The notes beneath the pieces were generated by a model. The model had not been told where the DNA came from. It searched no databases and saw nothing but the letters and a program-made list of their open reading frames with translations. Shown in pieces: positions 55,648 to 64,000 of a stretch of DNA of 64,000 nt. This DNA comes from an uncultured Candidatus Saccharibacteria bacterium (GTDB lineage Bacteria > Patescibacteriota > Saccharimonadia > Saccharimonadales > Saccharimonadaceae), in assembly GCA_958399925.1 (NCBI GenBank), contig CATXOC010000001.1, positions 176,733-240,732 on the forward strand, written 5' to 3'. Each line of letters starts with the position of its first letter. Position 1 is the stretch's first letter. Made by a program: the position numbers and the translations under genes.

Positions 55648-55895
55648 TGATTGTAAATGTTATGATGCTTTTGCGAGATTTATTGTCTATTCTCTAGCAG
55701 TATTCATTCCTTCGATCGTTTTGATAATCATTTTTGTGCTTTCAATGTCTATAATGGATTTTGTCTTTACGCAGATCTAAGTTTGCATCTATAGCCCCAG
55801 TACTCCTGGGGCTATATTTAAATTAAAAGCTTGCAATATGTAGTTAGATGGGGTAATATAGTAGAAGTCTATTAGTTTAGTACATTTTAGTATAT

Positions 55896-55972
55896 GGGGA
55901 TATAGCTCAGTTGGCTAGAGCACCTGCTTTGCAAGCAGGGGGTCAAGAGTTCGAGTCTCTTTATCTCCACCA
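55896..55972 (+). tRNA. tRNA-Ala(TGC)
   Basis: Cloverleaf, G3-U70, anticodon loop TTTGCAA, encoded CCA. Confidence 0.96.
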
Positions 55973-55996
55973 TATATTTATATATAATACGTATAT

Positions 55997-56073
55997 GGGC
56001 GATTAGCTCAGCTGGTTAGAGCGCGTCACTGATAATGACGAGGTCCCAGGTTCAAGTCCTGGATCGCCCACCA
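55997..56073 (+). tRNA. tRNA-Ile(GAT)
   Basis: Cloverleaf, anticodon loop CTGATAA, encoded CCA. Confidence 0.96.
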
Positions 56074-56083
56074 TGGAATTATT

Positions 56084-56110
56084 AATACCCTCCATATGGA
56101 GGGTATTTTT
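56084..56110 (+). terminator. Intrinsic terminator after tRNA-Ile
   Basis: AATACCCTCC-ATAT-GGAGGGTATTTTT. Confidence 0.85.
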
Positions 56111-56292
56111 GATAGATCTTGATGACCAGCAGAGTCGTGCAGCAGTGTAAACACCTTCCAATACATAGGGTGTTTTTGATACCGCAGGTAGCATGTTTGC
56201 CATATCGATGTGGGTTTATATAGGTCTAAGAATGGGCGGATGCATGTAATCTGGGCTATTTGCTAAAAATTCAAAAAACTTTTCAAAAAGTG

Positions 56293-56321
56293 TTGACACG
56301 GCGTGGCACGTTTGCTAATAT
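56293..56321 (+). promoter_or_regulatory. Dedicated 23S-5S rRNA promoter
   Basis: TTGACA-17-TAATAT; context nearly copies the 16S promoter. Confidence 0.8.
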
Positions 56322-56820
56322 ATTAAACAGTCAATCAAGTTCAGATGTGAACCGCTGATACAGTAAGTGTGAGAGTTAAAAATATAGCTTTCGAACGGTC
56401 TAAAATCGATTAGAATTGGAATGGTGTATCGATCCGTTCAAAGTAGAAATTTCTTAATTTTACCACTGATAGATGTTAGCAAAATTACAACAAATAATTT
56501 TACAAAATCTATTTGCAAACTTATTTAAAGTTTGATACAATAAATGAGCTGGAATGCAGATGGAGTTCTTCTCTACTACAACAGATGGAGCAGGGTTCTG
56601 ATGTGCACTCTAGATGAGGCTTAATCATATTTCCTTATGTGATTAAATCTCAGAGTCACAGCAATTTAACAATTTATATTCAATCGTAAGAAATATGATG
56701 ATGATATTTCAAATGTTAAGCAATTAATATTTGGAATTCGACAACATGTATGTAAGGATTGACGGCATGTTAAGTAATTAACTTATATAGTTAAAGACTC
56801 AACTACCGATTCAGTCAATG

Positions 56821-59843
<3,023 letters not shown>

Positions 59844-60017
59844 TCTTGATTTGAATCGTAACATTCAGTTGTGACGCTTCGAATCAAGTAGACTGAATTG
59901 GTAGTCGAGTTTTTAACTCGAACGTCAAACCTACGCAACAACTTACGGTTTGAATATAACATCGAATGCACCATCCATGGACGTCGATGTGGATTTTCCT
60001 ATTGAGGAAGGCCAACA

Positions 60018-60123
60018 TCGGTGCCCATGGCACGGAGGTCACACCTGTTTCCATTCCGACCACAGAAGTTAAGCTCCGTAGCGGCGAAAATATTGCGTTA
60101 GTGAGAAGATAGCACGGTGCCGA
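60018..60123 (+). rRNA. rrf: 5S rRNA
   Basis: TCGGTGCC/GGTGCCGA helix I; CACCTGTTTCCATTCCGACCACAGAAGTTAAG; terminator at 60133-60157. Confidence 0.93.
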
Positions 60124-60189
60124 ATTATCATTAAGCCACCCGATAGGGTGGCTTTTTGCATATAAGGCATATCGCCTTATAATACAGTT

Positions 60190-60552
60190 ATGACCAATGC
60201 AGAATATGCCAACCAAGCGTTAGAGAGACTTGCGAGATCCAAATTTCGTAGTAGCTTTAGCTTAAACGCCAAAGATCGCGAATATTACACTAAAAAGGGT
60301 GGTGACGTTATTTCTAGGCATGCTTACGAGTTGTTGCGTGATCGCGTCGGCGCAGCTAAGCCACGTAACGACGGCAAGCAAACTCCGTACCATGGCCATC
60401 CTGTATTTACCGCTCAGCATGCAACCGCTACTTGCTGTCGAGGCTGTATTGAGAAGTGGCACCACATTCCTAAAGGCCGTCCGCTAACCGAAAGCGAGCT
60501 ACAGAAGCTGTCGACATTAGTTGTCGCATGGATTGATCGTCAGATGAAGTAG
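60190..60552 (+). CDS. DUF4186 family protein
   Basis: SKFRSSF, NDGKQTP, GHPVFTAQHATATCCRGC..KWH. Confidence 0.88.
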   Translation: MTNAEYANQALERLARSKFRSSFSLNAKDREYYTKKGGDVISRHAYELLRDRVGAAKPRNDGKQTPYHGHPVFTAQHATATCCRGCIEKWHHIPKGRPLTESELQKLSTLVVAWIDRQMK

Positions 60553-60634
60553 TCGTAACTGCTTGTGTTAATACCTGAAATTTGCTATCATAGACAATAG
60601 TTAGTGTATAAATGTAAATAAAAAGGAGATAAAT

Positions 60635-61240
60635 ATGAAAACCGTGAAGGGAGTTCATTTCTTAGCGACTGGTGGTGTGGCGCTAGCTGTAGCAGGTGCG
60701 ACGGTTTTGACGCCTATAGTCAGTGCGGCTAATCCTACTAATCAAACAGTTAATGTAACTATCGGCTCTGCGATTAGTTTATCAATCAACGGCAATAATG
60801 CCGCAACTGGCCAGATATCATTAAGCGGTGACAAGGCGCTTGTACCTGGGTCTGCTAACACTAAGGATCTGAAGGCGACTGCTCGGGTGATTAGCAATGA
60901 CACGAATGGCTATACATTAAAGATGGAAAATACAAAGGATAACGCCAGCATGACTGGTACAAAGGCGGGCAGCACTATCCCTACTGAGGCGGCTGAGCCA
61001 ACCAAAAACAAGGCCATCTGGGCATATCATACGGCGAATGTGGCCAATAATACTTGGCAAGCCGTGCCTGTCAAAGGACATGCGGCAACCATTGCAGCAC
61101 ACCAAGGCACCAGTACTACAATCAATGGCGAGACATACGACGTAACGTTTGGTGTGTCTGCGACGTACATTACTCCTGCCGACACCTATAGCAGTACCGT
61201 TCAGTATACAGCAGCAAACAATGTTCCAGCCAACCTGTAA
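60635..61240 (+). CDS. Secreted WxL-like / fimbrial-subunit-like protein A
   Basis: Sec signal; QTVNVTI; NGYTL; WAY; TYSSTVQYTAANN. Confidence 0.75.
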   Translation: MKTVKGVHFLATGGVALAVAGATVLTPIVSAANPTNQTVNVTIGSAISLSINGNNAATGQISLSGDKALVPGSANTKDLKATARVISNDTNGYTLKMENTKDNASMTGTKAGSTIPTEAAEPTKNKAIWAYHTANVANNTWQAVPVKGHAATIAAHQGTSTTINGETYDVTFGVSATYITPADTYSSTVQYTAANNVPANL

Positions 61241-61285
61241 TAAAGTGCGCTAGTGAATGTACATAAAACGAAAGGGGAGATAAAA

Positions 61286-61915
61286 ATGAAAATAAAGAGA
61301 ACAAAATTAAAGGGACTTCCATTAATGGCAATCGGTGTTATTTCAGCAGTGTCTGCGCTGGCACCAATTATCACACCACTTGCTTCGGCGGCTGGTTCTG
61401 ATGTAGCCAACCAAACTGTTCAGGTCGCCATCGGAAGTAAGGTTGAAGTCAGTGTTGATAATGCAAGATTAGAGTCTAATATGGCAACTAATTCATTATC
61501 AGAGAATACAGCTGCAGTAAAGAACGCGCTAAGATCAAACGTAACGGTAAAGAGCAATGTCTCTACTGGTTATAATCTAAACATTAAGGCTGGCGCTAGT
61601 GGTGTAAATATGGTTCCGCCATCTAACCTAGCAAGTGTCAGTCCAATTCCGGCAATTACAGGTAAGGCTTTGACTGCTGGCACTCCAGGTTGGGGCTACA
61701 AGGTTGGTAATGAGGCGGATTGGCATGGTGTTACAACTGCCGATCGGTCAATCAAGCATAGCGATACTATAACGCCGAGCACTGGCGATATGGTCAGCGT
61801 CCAGTTCGGTGTTGCTACAGCAGCTAATCAGACGGCGACCACTTATACTGGTAGTGTTGTGTATTCAGTAGCGGTAGATGCGACTGGCGGCAGATCGACC
61901 GACACTACTGTATAA
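61286..61915 (+). CDS. Secreted WxL-like / fimbrial-subunit-like protein B
   Basis: Shine-Dalgarno AAGGGGAG; Sec signal; QTVQVAI; TGYNL; WGY; TYTGSVVYSV. Confidence 0.75.
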   Translation: MKIKRTKLKGLPLMAIGVISAVSALAPIITPLASAAGSDVANQTVQVAIGSKVEVSVDNARLESNMATNSLSENTAAVKNALRSNVTVKSNVSTGYNLNIKAGASGVNMVPPSNLASVSPIPAITGKALTAGTPGWGYKVGNEADWHGVTTADRSIKHSDTITPSTGDMVSVQFGVATAANQTATTYTGSVVYSVAVDATGGRSTDTTV

Positions 61916-62069
61916 CTGACGGCGATGACTAACTTGCTGAATAAATTATATCGTGGCATATATTACTACAACAAAGTGCTTGCGCTAAATTAAAAAAATA
62001 TATATAATTAATAACGATTGGTGGGGATGAACACCAAGAAATAAAAAATAAATGAAAGGACATATTACA

Positions 62070-62651
62070 ATGAAGATTGTCAAAGGTCTACCGTTTCTAG
62101 CAATGGGTGGAGTAACCCTAGGTCTAGTTGGTGCAACTGTTTTAGCACCTGTAGTTAAGGCGACTAACCCATTCGAGCAGACGGTTACTGCAAATGTTTC
62201 AGCAGGTTTATCTGTCGACATTAACGATAATGCTACTGGTAGCGATGCTACAAACATTAAGGTCAGCATGGCTCCACAAAAGGTTGACGAAAGTAAAAGT
62301 GCAACCGTTAGTGCTGCTTACAACAATGGTAATTTTACGTTAACTATGAAAGGTAAGGACGCATCAGCTGATCTAGTTAAGAAAGGTGAAGCTACCAGAA
62401 AGTTTGTTGCAGATGGTAATATTAAGCTAGATCGTTCGGCATGGGGTGTTAAATTCACTAAGAATGCATCGACTGTTGGTGGGGATGCTCATTACCAAGC
62501 CGTTCCAGGTAATGCTGGTACTGCATTGACGATTGCTGATGGCACTAACACCAAGTCAACCACCAAGATTCAGTACGGTTTCTCGACTGCTGCTGATATG
62601 CCAACGGGTGACTATACTACAACTGTAGTATATACGGCTGCTGCTAACTAA
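62070..62651 (+). CDS. Secreted WxL-like / fimbrial-subunit-like protein C (probable major subunit)
   Basis: Own TTGCGC-17-TATAAT promoter (61980-62008), Shine-Dalgarno AAAGGA, terminator 62673-62702; QTVTANV; WGV; GDYTTTVVYTAAAN. Confidence 0.78.
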   Translation: MKIVKGLPFLAMGGVTLGLVGATVLAPVVKATNPFEQTVTANVSAGLSVDINDNATGSDATNIKVSMAPQKVDESKSATVSAAYNNGNFTLTMKGKDASADLVKKGEATRKFVADGNIKLDRSAWGVKFTKNASTVGGDAHYQAVPGNAGTALTIADGTNTKSTTKIQYGFSTAADMPTGDYTTTVVYTAAAN

Positions 62652-62777
62652 ATAGTTAGGTTATAAAATAGTCTAAAAGCCGCCTTCTGGGCGGCTTTTA
62701 GATTGCATTAGCGTATTGGAGCATAAGGGCAGCTGTGGTACAATAGACATGAGCAAAAAGAGAGAAAGGAAGGGTAG

Positions 62778-63770
62778 ATGAATTTATTAAAGAAGCTAAA
62801 ATATACTGTCTATGCTGTACCAGCATTAGCCCTGGCAATAATGGGTGTGTTCACATTGACAGTATCGGCTAATGCAACAGATAATGAGGACGCTCGTCCA
62901 TACGCAGGTTTGCAGATTTCGCCAGCAACTAATAGTATAGAGCTGGCAGCAGGCCAGTCTTATACTGGTCAGATGACTGTGCGCAACACTAGTCGCAATG
63001 CAATTTCTTATGAAGTTTCTACGGGTACTTATACCATTGTCGATAACAATTATGATGCGCCGAATTACGATAAGACCGGCAAATATAGCCTGATGAAGGA
63101 TTGGATTAAGGTTAGCCCAGCTAGACTGGATAACGTACAGCCTGACGAGACTCGCACTATTACCTATACTATTAAGGTGCCATCTAATCCGCCAGCTGGT
63201 ACGCAATACGCAACAGTGTTTGCTAGTACCGTCAATAATGAAAAAGCAAAGGCTACTGGCGTCCAAGCTACAGCACGCGCTGGTATGGTGATTGCAGCCA
63301 ATATGAAGGGTGGCAAAACTGTGGATCGTGTAACTATTATTGACCAAAGTATTCCATCCTACCAGCCAGCTTCGCCGCTAACTAGCACCTTCAAGGTAAA
63401 AAACGAGGGTAATATTGCAGCATCTACCACCTATAGCATGAAGGTAACCTCGTGGATCAATGGCCGTCTCGAATATGAAACAAGGGAAGCCAGTGCGGGT
63501 GTTTACCCTGAAACGACACGCACCTTTGACATGCAGTGGAAAGACTCGCGCATTGGTATCTTTAAAGTAGAGCAGAGAGTACGGGTTAATGGACGCGATT
63601 ATTCAACTCAAAAGGTGGTTGTTGCAGTCCCAATTTGGATTATTATCTTAATTGTCTTAGCTATTGTCTGCCTAGTTGTATTTACGGTTATCAATGTTAA
63701 GGCGGCGCGTGAAGCCAAGGGCGGCAAAGCTAAATCGTCAACTAAGACATCAAAGCGTCGAAAGGCATAG
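62778..63770 (+). CDS. DUF916/DUF3324-like (WxL-interacting) membrane-anchored protein with two Ig-like domains
   Basis: Signal peptide; LQISPA, MTVRN, WIKV, TIKVP..PPAGTQYA, VKNEGN, VYPETTR; C-terminal TM and basic tail. Confidence 0.75.
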   Translation: MNLLKKLKYTVYAVPALALAIMGVFTLTVSANATDNEDARPYAGLQISPATNSIELAAGQSYTGQMTVRNTSRNAISYEVSTGTYTIVDNNYDAPNYDKTGKYSLMKDWIKVSPARLDNVQPDETRTITYTIKVPSNPPAGTQYATVFASTVNNEKAKATGVQATARAGMVIAANMKGGKTVDRVTIIDQSIPSYQPASPLTSTFKVKNEGNIAASTTYSMKVTSWINGRLEYETREASAGVYPETTRTFDMQWKDSRIGIFKVEQRVRVNGRDYSTQKVVVAVPIWIIILIVLAIVCLVVFTVINVKAAREAKGGKAKSSTKTSKRRKA

Positions 63771-63815
63771 GATACTTTCAATTACAGCCAAATAGGAATA
63801 GATAAAGGGGACAGT

Positions 63816-64000
63816 ATGAGCAATATCAATAGTAACAGAGTAAAGCAGCTTAGGTTAATAACAGCTGGTGCTATGGCATTAGCAGGTATTCTGATGCTGT
63901 CTCCGATTGCGGCGCCAGTACAGGCAGAGAGTGGCTCTGAGCAGCAGGTTACCGTCAAAGTATTAGAAGGTGTAAAAGTAACGATTATCAAGTTTAATGG
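63816..64000 (+). CDS. Secreted protein, N-terminal part (runs off the window), probably same cluster
   Basis: Shine-Dalgarno AAGGGGA; MSNINSNRVKQLRLITAGAMALAGILMLSPIAAPVQA|ESGSEQQVTVKV; open to the window end; absent from the ORF track. Confidence 0.7.
   Translation, partial: MSNINSNRVKQLRLITAGAMALAGILMLSPIAAPVQAESGSEQQVTVKVLEGVKVTIIKFN

Overview
Core chromosomal segment of a Patescibacteria (CPR) genome, most likely Saccharibacteria (TM7), judged from the 16S rRNA and a PilQ-less type IV pilus locus. In order it holds: the 3' end of ftsK; a ricin-B-lectin surface adhesin; rpsF-ssb-rpsR-efp-tlyA; ychF; a complete type IV pilus locus (pilMNO, pilB, pilT, pilC, major pilin, pilD, four minor pilins); a Xer recombinase; a SurA/PrsA-like foldase; a GT2; a second major-type pilin; thrS; miaA; rpmB; a likely 6S RNA; a Nudix-RNase H fusion; rnpB; infC-rpmI-rplT; comM; tmRNA; a VirD4/TraG-like ATPase; gyrBA; a 1,100-aa surface protein; an rRNA operon split into separate units; and a cluster of WxL-like secreted subunits with a DUF916-like partner. 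Nine tRNAs are present. No CRISPR array, transposase, prophage or rRNA intron was seen. Best leads: (1) an unannotated ~600-nt highly structured RNA with its own promoter (39244-39848); (2) a putative non-type-IV fimbrial/surface system of WxL-like subunits, whose large adhesin is out of frame at a G8 tract (candidate phase variation); (3) an rRNA operon decoupled by promoter duplication and gene insertion; (4) a second orphan structured transcript with a small ORF beside the second pilin; (5) atypical translation initiation (leaderless mRNAs, initiator tRNA lacking the three G-C pairs). All calls come from reading motifs by eye; no database search or folding program was run.
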